This document shows positions 1 to 14,404 of a stretch of DNA of 64,000 bases, in pieces. The position numbers were made by a program, and so were the translations under genes. Each line of letters starts with the position of its first letter. Within the stretch, counting starts at the first letter, position 1. The notes beneath the pieces were generated by a model. That model saw nothing but the letters and a program-made list of their open reading frames with translations. It did no database searches and was not told the DNA's origin. The DNA lies in contig NC_068982.1 of assembly GCF_001194135.2 (NCBI RefSeq), positions 26,569,978-26,633,977 on the forward strand, in the 5' to 3' direction. The DNA comes from Octopus bimaculoides. Lineage: Eukaryota.

Positions 1-419
1 CCTTTTTAATAATAGACACCGTTTCAGTCTCATATCTCGATCAGAACAACTATTCCTGTATATAAACTGTAAAATACATATTTAGTACTATTTGGTGAGG
101 TTTTGCCAAGCTGTAATCCATTTATAAGTACGTGTGGCACGGTGATCAAAATAGTGACATGAAAAATTATATTTACTAGGCTCCCGTACACTAGAGCGTC
201 TCAGATCTTTGCCTGGAGACTTTTGTCTTGAAGAAAAATTTATTTATTTAATATGTATTGTTCGCAATGTATTAACAAACTACAACGTATGTTCTTATAT
301 CAGGTTTTTCTTACTGGAGTATTAAATTCTGCAATGAAAGCAAACGAAATGATCATTACACATATAATGAATCTGTTTCTTGTTTGCTGCTTTGCGTGAC
401 ACAGTTGCACTTTCTATAC

Positions 420-870
420 GTACTAGCGAAACCCGTGAATATTTCACGGAGTTAATGATAAACCTTTTGAGTTATTCCTGAATACTTTATTCAACAAACC
501 TGAAAACATAGTCTGTGTTGAGTCTGTATGGAAAGATAGCTCATCTGCTATTCATTGAAAAAGGAAGGACATTGGAATACGGTGATTACTTAATAATCTT
601 TATATATACTTTATGCACACTTTTAGCATACTTTATATACTTTATGCACAATTTTATTGACTTAATGCACAGCAGTCATAAAATAAATATTCAATTTTAT
701 TTTTCCATTTTTCGCATAAATAGAAGAAAATTACATTTCAAAATTTGCATGGTCACAATTTCATATCTAGAAAACAAAAATTTTTTGTAAAAAAATTATT
801 TTATGTCAAAAATAATTTATATGTAAAATATTGGGGTCACAATTTCACGGGGGTAAAAGTTTAATGCAAC
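420..870 (+). mobile_element. possible non-autonomous Helentron/DINE-like element
   Basis: Starts TACTAGCGAAACCCGTGAATATTTCACGG, with a short CCGTGAA/TTCACGG inverted repeat. TTTCACGGGG recurs near 842. Resemblance only. Confidence 0.25.
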
Positions 871-1521
871 ATACTCTAAAAACCACATTGTTGGTAACTT
901 ATAAGCTAATGCGATCGGTCAGAGACAATACACATTTCAATTTGGGTACACCTTTCAAATGAATACTTCTTTGCAGACTATGTTCTTTGTGTAAGTAATT
1001 ATTCTTTTCCCTTGTTTGTCTGTGCTGATAACTTTAACTCTCACATCAAATAATTTGCGAGCCCTTGACAATGCAGCTTATAATTAAACATGGTCGAATG
1101 CAGGTTCAGGCAAGAACAGCACCACTTTATCAAATGTCTGCTCTTGTGCTTTATTGATAGTCATTGCATGTAAGAGACGAACGGGAAATTGGTTTCTTTC
1201 TAAAGTGAACGTCAAGTTTGGGATGCGCATGCGTTAAGTGATAGGTGTTATAAAAAACTTAGTTCAATTTTTTTTTTAATTAGTTTTCACTATACACTCA
1301 CCGTCGCACCTCCACCACCACCACCATGATCTCTCTCTCTCTATTTCTCTCTCCCTCCTCTATCCCTTTCTCCCCTCTATCCCCTCTGTCTCGCCTCTCT
1401 GTCTCCTCTCTCTCCTCCTCTCTCTCATCATCAGAACATCACCTCTCTGCTAAAATTATATTTCTAACTCTGCTCTTTATCACTATCTTCAACTAACTAT
1501 TTTAACTATGCAATAAATATT

Positions 1522-1753
1522 TATTTCTTTATTTCCCACAGGCGGCTAAATATAGAGGGGACAAACAAGGACAGACAAAGGGATTAAGTCGATTACATCG
1601 ACCCCAGTATGTAACTGGTACTTATTTAATCGACCCCAAAAGGATGAAAGGCAAAGTCGACCTCGGCAGAATGTGAACTCAGAACGTAACGGCAGACGAA
1701 ATACCGCTAACCATTTCGCCTGGCGTGCTAACGATTCTGCCAGCTCGCCCCCC
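1522..1753 (-). mobile_element. tRNA-derived SINE, family 1, tail type A
   Basis: The minus strand reads GGCGAGCTGGCAGAATCGTTAGCACGCC (A-box region), GAGTTCACATTC (B-box-like), then GCCTTTCATCCTTTTGGGGTCGATTAAATAAGTACCAG (resembles the Meta central domain). The tail is GTCTGTCCTTGTTTGTCCCCTC. Direct repeat AATAAATATT at 1512-1521 and 1760-1769. Confidence 0.9.
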
Positions 1754-3271
1754 TTTTGTAATAAATATTGCGTTCCCCCACGACATGTCATGGACGTTTC
1801 TCTCTCCGTTTTTTTTCTCACCCGCTTTTTCTTTCTCTCTCTCTTTCTGCCTCACTCTTTGCTTTATCTTGTTTTCCTCTCTCCCTCTTTTCTTTCTCCC
1901 CCTTTTACTCTAATCACGTGAAAGCGTTACCGATGAGCTAAGTAACGTAACGACAAGCAGAATTATTATAAGATACTGCTAGGTAGACTTAATCTCATGA
2001 TAAGATGAGTTAGCTAATGTTCTTCGACAGACCGTTGACCCGTTTAATAATCAATAAACATTCATCCGATATGTAACGTGTTGTATCTAAACTGTATAAA
2101 AACAAATTTTCCGACTTTCGGTTAAAGTCAAGATTCCGTTTAATTCAATTTCCAAAAACCGTGTGAGAAAACCTTCCACGGAAATTACCAATGCAATATT
2201 GAAATAAAAGATCTTATGGAAAGATAGCATTTGACAATTTATCAGTCTCATTTGAACACAGAGAGACGCATTGAATTCCAAATAATATCAAAGTTTGTAG
2301 CCTTTGATTTTAAATAAATGTCCAGTACTTGATATATAGAAACTCCACAGTCATTTTTGCAGAGTACTGGATAATGGTTTCTGAACTAGATATTAAGCAT
2401 GTTAGCAAAGAAGATGAAGTTATAATTTTGCCCCTACACACAATGTATCAGAATATTAAATGATGCAACCTCTCTAAATATATTCCTTCCCAAAATATAT
2501 TCCTAAATATATTCCTTCCTGCCAATAGCATCAAAAGAAAATAGTGCATGACTACTACTGTTCAAAATGTGGACGAGGGTCAGACAGTAAAAATAAAATA
2601 TAAATAGTATCAAATTATCTTCATATCTTACAGTGTTCAATCATTGGGTCTGTGACAAAGGTAAGATACTGCCTACGAAAGAATCAATCGTTATAATGGA
2701 ACTATAATTATTCTGTCGTTCTTGAAATAATAAAAAGGCAAGTCGGTCTGATTCAGATTTGAACACAGAATATAAACAGTCTTTCTACCGATTCGCCATC
2801 ATAAATCGCAAAAACATGAAATAAACACACACACATATACATACATACACATACACACACATATATATATATGTGTGTGTGTGTGTGTGAAAAATGCATT
2901 AAATTCTACAAAACGTACACGTAGGACAGACACCAGAACCCTAATGCTTCATCAGTTATCGATTGAAAAATACTAATACTTAGTTTGATGCTTTTAACGA
3001 TAAGACTAGGAACAAAAATAAATAAATAAATATAGCCTTGGGACCAAACACGAAAATGATGGATTAACACCAGGGAGAAATCTTCAAATGAATATAAAGA
3101 ACAGAATTGAGAAGAAGAAAAAAGGAGAGAAAAAAGGAGCAGAAATGAGAAGAGAGGAAAAAAGAGGTTGACCAGTACGTTTGGCGTCCAGCGGCAAAAA
3201 GGGAGAAGATAGAAAATCAGTCACTGGCCATGTGTGGGTAGCAGATAGAAGGAAAGGATGGAGAGTGTGTG

Positions 3272-3274
<3 letters not shown>

Positions 3275-3316
<42 letters not shown>

Positions 3317-3448
3317 AGGGAAAGGAAGGGGCAAGTCTACAAGAAGTCTGTAAGAGGACGAGAGAGCGGGAGAGAGGAAGTAGGGATGCTAGAAAAGGAA
3401 AATTAGAACGAGAGAGAAAGAAGAAAAATTGTATCTCTCTCTCTCTCT
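3275..3448 (+). repeat. (GA)n/purine-rich tract ending in (CT)n at an assembly gap
   Basis: Direct reading. Gap 3449-3921 is followed by (TG)n at 3922-3982. Confidence 0.95.
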
Positions 3449-3921
3449 NNNNNNNNNNNNNNNNNNNNNNNNNNNNNNNNNNNNNNNNNNNNNNNNNNNN
3501 NNNNNNNNNNNNNNNNNNNNNNNNNNNNNNNNNNNNNNNNNNNNNNNNNNNNNNNNNNNNNNNNNNNNNNNNNNNNNNNNNNNNNNNNNNNNNNNNNNNN
3601 NNNNNNNNNNNNNNNNNNNNNNNNNNNNNNNNNNNNNNNNNNNNNNNNNNNNNNNNNNNNNNNNNNNNNNNNNNNNNNNNNNNNNNNNNNNNNNNNNNNN
3701 NNNNNNNNNNNNNNNNNNNNNNNNNNNNNNNNNNNNNNNNNNNNNNNNNNNNNNNNNNNNNNNNNNNNNNNNNNNNNNNNNNNNNNNNNNNNNNNNNNNN
3801 NNNNNNNNNNNNNNNNNNNNNNNNNNNNNNNNNNNNNNNNNNNNNNNNNNNNNNNNNNNNNNNNNNNNNNNNNNNNNNNNNNNNNNNNNNNNNNNNNNNN
3901 NNNNNNNNNNNNNNNNNNNNN

Positions 3922-3985
<64 letters not shown>

Positions 3986-5689
3986 TTTCACTAGGAACAT
4001 ACATTTTAATTGCTGAATTAAAAAGGAAATGAAAAGTGCGAATACTTATTGCTTTGTTAATATTATCGAAGTGTTAGAGGATTCAACTGGTGACTGAGAT
4101 CAAATTGGAACCTTACTTCTTACTCTACATCAGTATTGTATTGTTACCATTTTCTACACTGACACAACTCAGCATATGGTGTGTAATCGATTTTATTGAT
4201 TCCAGAAGTTGAGCGGTGTGCAATTTATTGATTCTGAAATGAATGAAAGATAAACTCGACTGCAATAAGATTTCAGCTTAAATGAAAAGGACTTAACAGT
4301 ATATCCCTGCAAAGAATTTTTTCTGGCGCTCGCAGGACCCATTATGTCAGTATCCATACAATATACACGGTATTCTTTGTAGTTCGTTGTTTAGTGTTTT
4401 ATGGCTTTGAGCTCCAATTATGTCGATATTCAATTATTCTTTAAGATTATGAAGACATTACCTGAACATTAGATCCTTATATGATATTTGCCTCATAACA
4501 AAACTATTATGAAACACAGACACATACATACACACACACACGCACATACATACATACATACACACACATACACACATTGTTCATGCATAAAGAAAAACAA
4601 TATTCTCTTTAAAATCTTTTCTGAACATTGCCACATAACAACAGAAGTGTATCTACAATAACTACATATCAATAAAATTGAACAAGATTATAAAAATGAT
4701 GTAAAAGGCAAAGTGAAAGGATGTTGTGGTCAACAAAATTAAATGAATTTTCTGAGCAACTAGCAATAAGACTATTTCGAATATCTGGGTGTATCTTCAA
4801 TTAAATCACCCTCTAGTATGTACAATAAAATCTTTGACACTATTCTTAATTTACTGAGTCTGGAAGAAAGATCATTGCCCGTGATCTTCTGGGCTCTCCG
4901 AAACAGGTGAGCTTCACTCTATTAATGATCCGTTTAAAGTGTTACAGCTCAACAGCATCAAAGGCAAGGGACCATATATGACTGGATAATTTTGTCGTTT
5001 TTCTTTTGTCTCAGTGCCTGCAACTCAAAGTGTGATTATTGAATCTGGCCCTTACAAGTGGGAAAAAGTAGTCAACAAAAGCCTGACAACTTTTCCCGCT
5101 TTGTAAGGGTAATAATATCCAATTTCTTTGCTGCTTTAATGGCGATAGTGCGTTCGAACCCTTCTGTTACTTCCCCGCCCGTACTTACTCTTCCTCTTTC
5201 TTCTCCCAGGCTTCCACTACTCCAACCACGTCTTCCACCCCTCCTACTTCTAATTCATCCATTCCCCCACTTCAGTCTGTTGTTACCATCCCTCCTGATC
5301 TTCCCTTCTCTGAGGCGGAATGCTCTCTTCTCCGTAAGCAACTGCGCTTCAACCCCCTCACTCCATCCAGTAACGAATTTCAGACCCGTGCTTTGTGCAC
5401 CGTGTCAGGCTATATGCACTATTCCCCAACACTCCACATGCATCTAATGAAGAGGATTGCTTCATCGACCTGGGCCGCCGGATTGTCTTTCCACAGGGGC
5501 CATCCGGAAATCCGACCCTCGCCGTGAACAGGAATTAATCTCTCTTCACTCCTTTGCTCCACATGGGCCCTACTCCCCCTCTCCTCTTTTTATCTGACGC
5601 CTACTTCCTCTTTTCACTCTACCCATCTATCCTCTCCTCTGTTCTTCTGACACCTACTTCCTCTTCTCACTCCTACACACCTTCTCTCT

Positions 5690-6015
5690 TCATGGATACG
5701 CCCCTCCACCCACACCCCACACCGCAACTCCCCACTCCCACACCCCAACTCCCCACTTCCACATGCCCCACCCACACCCACATCCTCACCCCACGCTCCC
5801 CACACCCCACACACCCACAGCACCACAGCACTACATCACATAACACCACCCCACACCATCCCACACTCACTAGCACTGACCACTTCCCAGAACCATACCT
5901 ACACCATCATCCGCGCACCCACACACTTACACACGCACACATCCACACGTCAAAGTCACTAGCCCCTATCCACACACATAGTTACACATTCTCACATACA
6001 CATACGCACGCACAC
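5690..6015 (+). repeat. C/A-rich low-complexity tract (CCCACA-like)
   Basis: Degenerate CCCACAC/CACCCC units; explains the His/Pro/Thr-rich ORFs here. Confidence 0.85.
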
Positions 6016-6648
6016 CTTCGTTTTGGGGTCACCAGTATTTTATTATCTCCCCTTCGTCCTACCTCTCCTGTCAAACATCTTTTTTCGCAACCAGTAGCCT
6101 TGTTTGATTGCTAAATCCACAAGTTTTTTTTTTTATTTTTTATTCTCTCTCTGTTTATTTTCCCTTATTCCTTTCTGTTGAAGACTGTAGGTTCGAAACA
6201 TAAAAAACTTTCTCACTTTCCCGAACNNNNNNNNNNNNNNNNNNNNNNNNNNNNNNNNNNNNNNNNNNNNNNNNNNNNNNNNNNNNNNNNNNNNNNNNNN
6301 NNNNNNNNNNNNNNNNNNNNNNNNNNNNNNNNNNNNNNNNNNNNNNNNNNNNNNNNNNNNNNNNNNNNNNNNNNNNNNNNNNNNNNNNNNNNNNNNNNNN
6401 NNNNNNNNNNNNNNNNNNNNNNNNNNNNNNNNNNNNNNNNNNNNNNNNNNNNNNNNNNNNNNNNNNNNNNNNNNNNNNNNNNNNNNNNNNNNNNNNNNNN
6501 NNNNNNNNNNNNNNNNNNNNNNNNNNNNNNNNNNNNNNNNNNNNNNNNNNNNNNNNNNNNNNNNNNNNNNNNNNNNNNNNNNNNNNNNNNNNNNNNNNNN
6601 NNNNNNNNNNNNNNNNNNNNNNNNNNNNNNNNNNNNNNNNNNNNNNNN

Positions 6649-6679
<31 letters not shown>

Positions 6680-7308
6680 GGGTGAGAAAATCTACATGTA
6701 CATTTACTTCAGAAAAATATTAGTTAAAAATTAAAACCCTTACGCCCACACCATACTTATTCACTCACACACATACAGTACTCACTCACACACATATCTG
6801 ATACAAAGTAGTATATAATTTGTTGGTGATGAGCAGAATTTCATTTCAAAAATATCTAATAATGTACAAAAAGAAAATAATTGCTGATTAGACATAATTG
6901 CTGATTAGAGATAATTGATCATTATAACATTTGAAATAATTAATCTATGAATGAATGTATAATGTCTCCTAGCCTTAAACGTTTTTGCCTTATAAGCACT
7001 TATATGTTGCCGGGTATAGTATAATGTAACTGTTTCGTGCCTAATATCTTCAAATATTCTTACCGTTTGATTGGGATATTTTCAGTAGATTCTCACCTAC
7101 TCCTAAAAGACCTGTGAGCTGTCAGCTTTCTCAGAGCCCATGTAGCGCATAGGAGCGAAGAGAGAAGATTCTGATAAGATAAGTTATGATTTTATTTTAA
7201 GAAATATTATTAAATGTCTTTCGATTATCTATTTATTTATTGTTAAAACAAGTATTTTTTATATATTTATTTGATATTTATTATAAGTTACAATACGTAC
7301 ATTGATTC

Positions 7309-7309
<1 letters not shown>

Positions 7310-7392
<83 letters not shown>
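7310..7392 (+). repeat. (ATT)n microsatellite
   Basis: Perfect trinucleotide run. Confidence 0.98.
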
Positions 7393-7791
7393 TATATTTT
7401 ATTTTAGAACTGACCAGTGACTATATTTTTGAATAGATTTAATTGTAGATCGATATGATTATTAATCGAATTATTAATCGAATTGGTTTTATTAGTTATC
7501 TATTTGAAAATCTAGCCATGATACGTGTGTAGTCATTTTTATACCATTTAATAGTTATTGTTTTATGTGTACTTTATTGATTTTTAGAATAAGGTTTTTA
7601 TGATATATTTATTTTCTAGAAGGTGTGAATTACATTCTTCATTATTGAATTATTTAATAGTGGTTTTTCTCTAAATTATATNNNNNNNNNNNNNNNNNNN
7701 NNNNNNNNNNNNNNNNNNNNNNNNNNNNNNNNNNNNNNNNNNNNNNNNNNNNNNNNNNNNNNNNNNNNNNNNNNNNNNNNNNNNNNNNNNN

Positions 7792-9045
7792 TTTTTATGC
7801 ATTTGTGTACATTTAAACTAATTAAATATTATTTTACAGAACAATAGAATTAAAATTTCTTTGATTAAAACTCTTCCTAACATGAAAGTATCCAAAGAGC
7901 ATTTGAGACACATAATGCTTTATGATTGCAAAAAAGGAAACTCTGCAGCCGAAGCGACCCGAAACATATACTCCGTTTATGGGAAAGAATGATTGAATGA
8001 AAAAACTTGTAGAAGATGGCTTGCAAAATTCAGAAGTGGAGATTTCAACCTTCAAGATGAAGATCGAACAGGGTGTCCAGTCGCGTTTGATGATAAGCTC
8101 CTTGAGGCATTACTTGAAGAAATTCCTGCATTATCAGTTAAAGAATTGACAATAAAGCTTAGTTCAAACCACACAACTGTTCATCGTCATCTTCATCAAC
8201 TTGGAAAATGGGTGCCTCACGAATTGTCCGAAAGCAACCGCAAATCCCAAGTTAACCTCTGCTCTTCTCTCCATTCTCGCGAACTTATTTTACCCTTATT
8301 GGATAGACTTGTGACTGGTGACGAAAAATGGACCTGTTATCGAAATGTTAAACGCCGTAAACAGTGGCTTGGTAAAAGGGAAAGGGCTCAACCACAACAG
8401 AGAAAGGAACTTCATGGGAAAAAGGTTCTTCTCTCTATCTGGTGGGATTGCAAAGGAGTAATTCACTTTGAATTGTTACCACCTAATGCAACACTCAATG
8501 CTCAAGTCTACTCTCAGCAATTAGAGTGTTTGAACCAAACTTTGAAGAAAAAAAAGACCCGCTTTAGTGAATCGAAAAGGAGTGATGTTTCATCAGGACA
8601 ATGCGCGACCCCACACTGCAAAGATCACATCACAGAAGATCGAAGNNNNNNNNNNGAGTGATGTTTCATCAGGACAATGCGCGACCCCACACTGCAAAGA
8701 TCACATCACAGAAGATCGAAGAGCTTGGTTGGGAAAAAAATTCCTCATCCACCTTATTTTCCCGACCTAGCTCCTTCAGACTGCCATTTGTTTCGTAGTT
8801 GACAGAATCATTTGGGGGACATAATTTTCGCAAGCCAGGAGGAGGTCAAAACTGACATTTCAGAGTTCTCCGGTTTGAAACCAAAAGAGTTTTAGAGTAA
8901 TGGGATTATAAAGCTTGTAAATAGATGGAAGAAAGTCATAGATAATCAATGAAAGTATACTGATGATTAAATTTCAATTAAATATAACATTTGATCACTT
9001 GTTTTCTTTATTCAAAATTCGGACAGAACTTATGGGATGACCTGA
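7792..9045 (+). mobile_element. mariner (DD34D) transposon, near full length, inactivated
   Basis: The right end reads TCAGGTCATCCCATAAGTTCTGTCCGAATTTTGAA on the minus strand and is followed by TA. The left TIR presumably lies in gap 7682-7791. Transposase motifs lie inside. Confidence 0.92.
7882..8970 (+). pseudogene. mariner transposase pseudogene
   Basis: MKVSKEHLRHIMLY..., HTH region RRWLAKFRSGDFNLQDEDRTG, then WVPHEL, VTGDEKW, HFELL, FHQDNARPH and PYFPDLAPSDCHLF. In-frame TGA at 7990, a frameshift near the A-run at about 8547-8555, and further stops downstream. Confidence 0.92.
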
Positions 9046-9046
9046 T

Positions 9047-9047
9047 A

Positions 9048-9079
<32 letters not shown>

Positions 9080-9300
9080 CACTGAAAGAGAGAGAGACAG
9101 ATAATAGATAGATATTATGTATGTACGTTTATGTATATATATGCTTGTATGTGCATGTACATATATGTATATATGTATGCTGCATGCATGTATGTATGCA
9201 TGTATGTATGTATGCATGTATGTATGTATGCATGTATGCATGTATGCATGTATGTATGTATGTATATATGTATGTATGCATGCATGTATGCATGTGTGTG
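9047..9300 (+). repeat. (TA)n / (TATG)n / (TGCA)n compound microsatellite
   Basis: Direct reading. Confidence 0.95.
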
Positions 9301-9947
9301 TAAGATTATAAATGTAATGTCTTCAGCAGGAAATAAGCTCCGAAGTATCCTTGCATACAAACATAAATGGAATATTAAATTTAATACTAAGCGAATCTAG
9401 GATGTTGAACCTGATAGGTAAAGTAAAGATAAAGCTATATGAAATGCAGTCGTTGTCTCTTAATTTATCTCATTTTATTAATGCCAGATTTGATCGTATT
9501 TACTCATCTACTTTTATTATTTTAATATTTTCATTACTAATGATTTTACCTAATATATTTTCGTAATCATGCATAACTCAGCTTCTTACGTAATAATTCA
9601 TAATTCCAATTTTCCCGATCATTCTATCCATTATATTTGTGTCAGTGGGTCGTGCAACAATTTCCTGTGATTCTTTATATATTAATAATCAAATATTGTC
9701 ACAGTTTAATTCACGATTGTGCATATGTACAGATATGAACATATACATATGCGCACATATAAACGCATGTAGTATGAGCACACGTATAAGCACACTTGCT
9801 TTTCTGTAACTACGCCTCTGCATATTCTATCAAAATATCACTCTATTGTATATTCCATTTTGCTCTTTAGTGCGTGTGACCCAATTCTACTCTTGACAAG
9901 TTTTGCAGACACGTTCACATACCCACATGCACAAAAATAAACATATC

Positions 9948-9949
<2 letters not shown>

Positions 9950-10016
<67 letters not shown>

Positions 10017-10350
10017 GTGAGTGTATGTGTGTGTGCGTGTGTGTGTGTAATGAGAGAGAAAGATGTATGCATATCCATATACACAAACATATATGCGTAC
10101 CTATATACACTCACATATATATGTATGAATGAATATGTCTATGTATGTAATTATGTATGTATATATGTATGTTTGTATGTATGCATCTATGTATTTTAGC
10201 ATGTATGTATGTTTGTGCGTATGTATGAATGTACGCATGTATGTATGAACATACATACGTATGTTTATATGTATGTTGTGCGTATGTATGTATGTATGTA
10301 TGAATGTATGTATGTATGTATGTATGTATGTATGTATGTATGTATGTATT
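9950..10350 (+). repeat. (TG)n then (TATG)n compound microsatellite
   Basis: Direct reading. Confidence 0.95.
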
Positions 10351-10599
10351 GTACATCTACCTGTCAACAGATCTCTAAATTTCGCAACGAAAGCATCAAC
10401 AATACCTAGACATGGAATTGATATTACGTTAGCCCTTAGGACCATAGTTATTGAATTCGAAGGTAGATACTGGATTAGAAAGGACAAACCTAACAATTCT
10501 GATATAAATATGAACCCAATCGATCTGGCAGAGGTCACTGATTTAATGTGTATATATATTTCACTCAAACTTAAAAATGAAATCTTTGGCAATAGAAAA

Positions 10600-11230
10600 G
10601 AATCACAGGAAAAATTAGAAAGGAATCTGTACAGGAACGACGCTCAGTTTACTTCTGCAACTTGTGTAATGTAGAACTCGAGAGAAATAAAACAATGTCT
10701 TACAAATTTCTTCAAAAACTTCATACTATCTTTAACATCGGGAAATAACTATGAGGTAGCTACTTTTCTAAATGTAACATTGGATCTTAATACGAGACTG
10801 TATTGTCCGTGCCATAAACAGAATGAAAAACTTCACTATGGTTAAAAAAGATTCCAATAACTGTAAAGCAATTATTGAGCCTATACTTAAAAGAATTTCA
10901 ACTAGAATATCCAGGCTTTCGGCTAATGAAGTGATTTTCGCTCAAAATGAGGACTACTATACTTTAGTAACGACCAGATACGGAAATGATTCGATTCATG
11001 CCGGAAAAAAGCGATTTTAAAAGCATAATTATAGTGCAAAGACGTCGTAATACAACTGGTTTAGGTGATTCTATTTCATAAAAGAAGTATCAAGAATAAG
11101 AATACTATTGAACACATGTTCTAATCTGGACTAACTGCTAACAAAGATACTCGAAAACAACACTTTTGCACAAATCTCTATAGCCGATAGCAGGAATTAC
11201 GTTCCACTAAATGGTGCAAACAACTGAAAA
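10600..11230 (+). mobile_element. Penelope-like element RT remnant
   Basis: Frame-broken translation gives LYRND (YRDD-like), FLNVTLDLNTRLYCPCHKQNEKLHY and KRISTRISRLSANEVIF. These match the RT C-terminus/thumb pattern FLDVTLDL...SNHP...RIS.LS.N of Penelope elements. Confidence 0.7.
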
Positions 11231-12214
11231 GCTCTGGAACTTTCTTTGAATACAATAATCCGAAACTGGATGAATTAGGTAGTAGGTCTTAACTAATAAT
11301 CTGTTCAGTTTAATCGAAAACATCTAAGCCTTTCTGCCCATACTAATATTGACCTCATAAACTATATACTGTACTTTTATTTGAGCTCTTTGCACTCTCG
11401 TTATTTTGGCATTTTTATACTTTTTATCATCCTAGTCATGGCACTATTCTAAGAATATACATTACTTGGCTGCTGCTTCTTTGAACCTTTTCGCTTCTAT
11501 TCTCATCGTCTTACCCAGCCATCTTTAGTATATATACAATATATAATGTATATTTCATCATTTTGATTAATGTAAAAAATTCTACTGGTTATTGAAATGA
11601 TCGTCACTTATTAAAAAATGTAATACTGTCATTTTAATTCCTTTGATTGTTAACTTGAATAATCTGAGGTGAATCTACCAACTTTAAGATCCGTACATTT
11701 CCTCTCACTTATTGTTTGTCTCGAATGTTATTTGCGTTAACGGAATATTTTTTCTGATTTTCTTAACTACTGTTTCCACGGATCTCATATTGATGTTGAC
11801 TTGATATTTCCTAAACTATGTGTGTGCGTATATGCGTGCGTGTGTGTGTTACTTGAAAGTAAACTTCGTAAATACATGGTCAAGTTTTTACTCACTTATT
11901 AGTGATGGATACATATTGTTACTTCCGTCCTCTCATATAATCAAAGGTTTCTGTCTTGTCATGCCCAACAATTTGGGAGAATCAAACTGCTCAACAATTT
12001 CTTGCAGTTCGTTCAAATACGGTTATGATAACTTATAGGCTATTGGTTATGTGCTAGTAGCTTTTATGGGCTACACAGATTTTCATTCTTTTCAGAATAC
12101 GATCAACTGTTTGGGAGTATTTGAATATCAAAACGATCCAGTATAATTGAATCCAGTGTTACATTGTGGATACCTGAATACCTGTCTATGTATGTAATGT
12201 ATTTTAGTGCATAC

Positions 12215-12446
<232 letters not shown>

Positions 12447-12814
12447 TGTAGGTCCGTGTGCGCGCGGAAAGAAGCGGAAGAGACAGAGATAATAAGACAG
12501 TTTACTATCTATCTATGTCATATTTCGCTACATATTCTTTCAAAATATCACCTGAAATTATTGCTGGATTCTTGTCCACATGCTTTATATGATTTATCGT
12601 CTGTCCATTCAGTGAACCAGCACATTTAACAGTCTCTTGGTTCTCTTTATCTTGTTGCCTCTCCCTATAAATTTCTATTTATTTCTGTATTTTAGAGCAA
12701 ATGAGTGTCTACTTGGCTCATTTATCTCACTATTTATCGACATATTTATTATTTTAGTCATTTGATATATATATATTTGTTAACATTTATTCCACCTACC
12801 GGTCAGCCTATCTA

Positions 12815-12852
<38 letters not shown>

Positions 12853-13799
12853 TAAATAACTAACTAGCCAGCTCTCCAGTTTCACATTTACATACGTAAA
12901 TACTTACCGCTATCCATATATACATAAGTAAATACTTGCATACAGACACACGCAGACATATGCACACGCACACACGCGTACACACATGCAGATGACACAA
13001 GCACACAAAGACATACACACACATACACTGTGTATGTCTACAAATTTAGTATAATTTAATGTACGGTAATTTTAAGTTCCTATCCTAACATAAAATATTA
13101 ATCGTTCAAGTAGAATCATTAAAAAAAAGAGACAATCAATAAACATTGAAGTTTATTGCAACATTATAGTAAAGTTTCAATTACTCCTACTTTTTGTATC
13201 ATGTATTTTAAATGACGTTTTAAATTATGAACACAAACATTTTTGAATTGAGCTTCAAATACAAATTTGTTTCTTCAATTATTTTCCGTCTTACAGCAGC
13301 TTTTTTTGTCTGTTGGTTTTGCATAGTAATCACTATCCAAATATTTTCGGCGCAATTCTTTGTTGAATCACGTATCAACTAAAATTAAAGGGATGCTTGT
13401 TTAACCCAATAAATTTTCACTTTGTAGTCGTTCTAATAATACTTTAACAACAGAAATTCTATCACCAGTGAAAGTCGTCCAGCTAAGTGGCTTTCATACG
13501 AGAAATTTTCTCCAATCAAACGCAGTATGGCACTCAAGCTAAAAGGATTATTATGAAGGACTTGGTTTTCAATATAAATAAACATGAATTGCTATTGTGA
13601 CAATGTCACATGTCGACAATAAAATTGAGCAGTTACCGGCTTTATATTCAAATCTATATTCACAGCTAAACCGAAAAATACAACACACGAACATACGGTC
13701 AATACATAATATGTATCATATTTAGAACACTTTTAATACGATGACAAATGTAATAATTTGAAGATCCAGTATATAACGAAATCTATTAGGTTGTAGAAG

Positions 13800-14390
13800 C
13801 ACCACAGTGAAGCTGATTTTATGTATTCTTCAGAAATAGAAAGGTAATAAAAACCTAACGAAAGCAAAGATAGAGGAAAATAAATTTATTCAAAAGTTTA
13901 TGCTAAACAAACAAACTTTAACCGAAATATTTGCAAAGGTAATATCCAAGGGTATCAAATCCGTCCTGGATTGCGCCGAGAGACATAATTTGGCAAGTAT
14001 ATTTCGGTTGCTACCTGTGAACCAGAAGAAGAATCGTTTATCTAGTCCGCTGCTTCAACTTTACAAACGTTGACAAAAGATAATTAAATAGTGCAATGAC
14101 GTGACTTTCAAGAACTTATAAGTATTTCTGAAACGATGGTTTCAGAAAGTTTATATGTGTCACGTCTATAATCCGCAAACTACTGATATTTCAAAAACAT
14201 CTCTTCAATGGACAGAAGAGAAAAATTAATAAATCTTGACGATCATTTTTTGGCGATCGTTTACAACTTTGTTAAAACTGCTTTTTAAAGGCTAAGATTC
14301 CAGTAGCGGAATAGGAAAATACTTAATTCCTGGTCACTTGATTACTTTTTGCAAAATTAAAAAGGAAGAATAATATTAAAACACTGGTCG
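13800..14390 (+). mobile_element. possible hAT transposase C-terminal remnant
   Basis: NPQTTDISKTSLQWTEE/KLINLDDHFL...RKIL loosely follows the NPF...ELI.L..D..L...YP.L...A.K.L pattern. Very degenerate. Confidence 0.25.
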
Positions 14391-14404
14391 CAAACATTCT
14401 AAAC

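Noticed and set aside
1522-1753. tRNA gene calls for SINE heads (all copies)
   Set aside because: A/B-box-like motifs are present but no cloverleaf forms, and each head continues into a shared SINE body with TSDs.
2630-2810. Very decayed SINE-like pieces (also 4140-4330, 36880-37010, 46780-46860, 58440-58560)
   Set aside because: Probably old SINE fragments, but too degenerate to give boundaries or a family with confidence.
3084-4016. Long ORFs spanning N runs (also at 6.2, 17.9, 27, 28.7, 30.8, 35.3 and 61.5 kb)
   Set aside because: They are open only because of Ns and dinucleotide repeats (HT, CV, IY, RE dipeptides). Gaps mostly coincide with microsatellites.
4740-5540. Possible LINE fragment (FEYLG and GRKII-like words)
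   Set aside because: Only isolated short motifs; no continuous alignment could be made by eye.
5554-6114. 186-aa His/Pro/Thr-rich ORF
   Set aside because: Translation of C/A-rich low-complexity DNA with a TTG start and no domain or splice support.
8580-8721. 66-bp direct duplication inside the mariner transposase
   Set aside because: The two copies (8580-8645 and 8656-8721) are identical and sit either side of a 10-N gap, the signature of an unmerged contig overlap.
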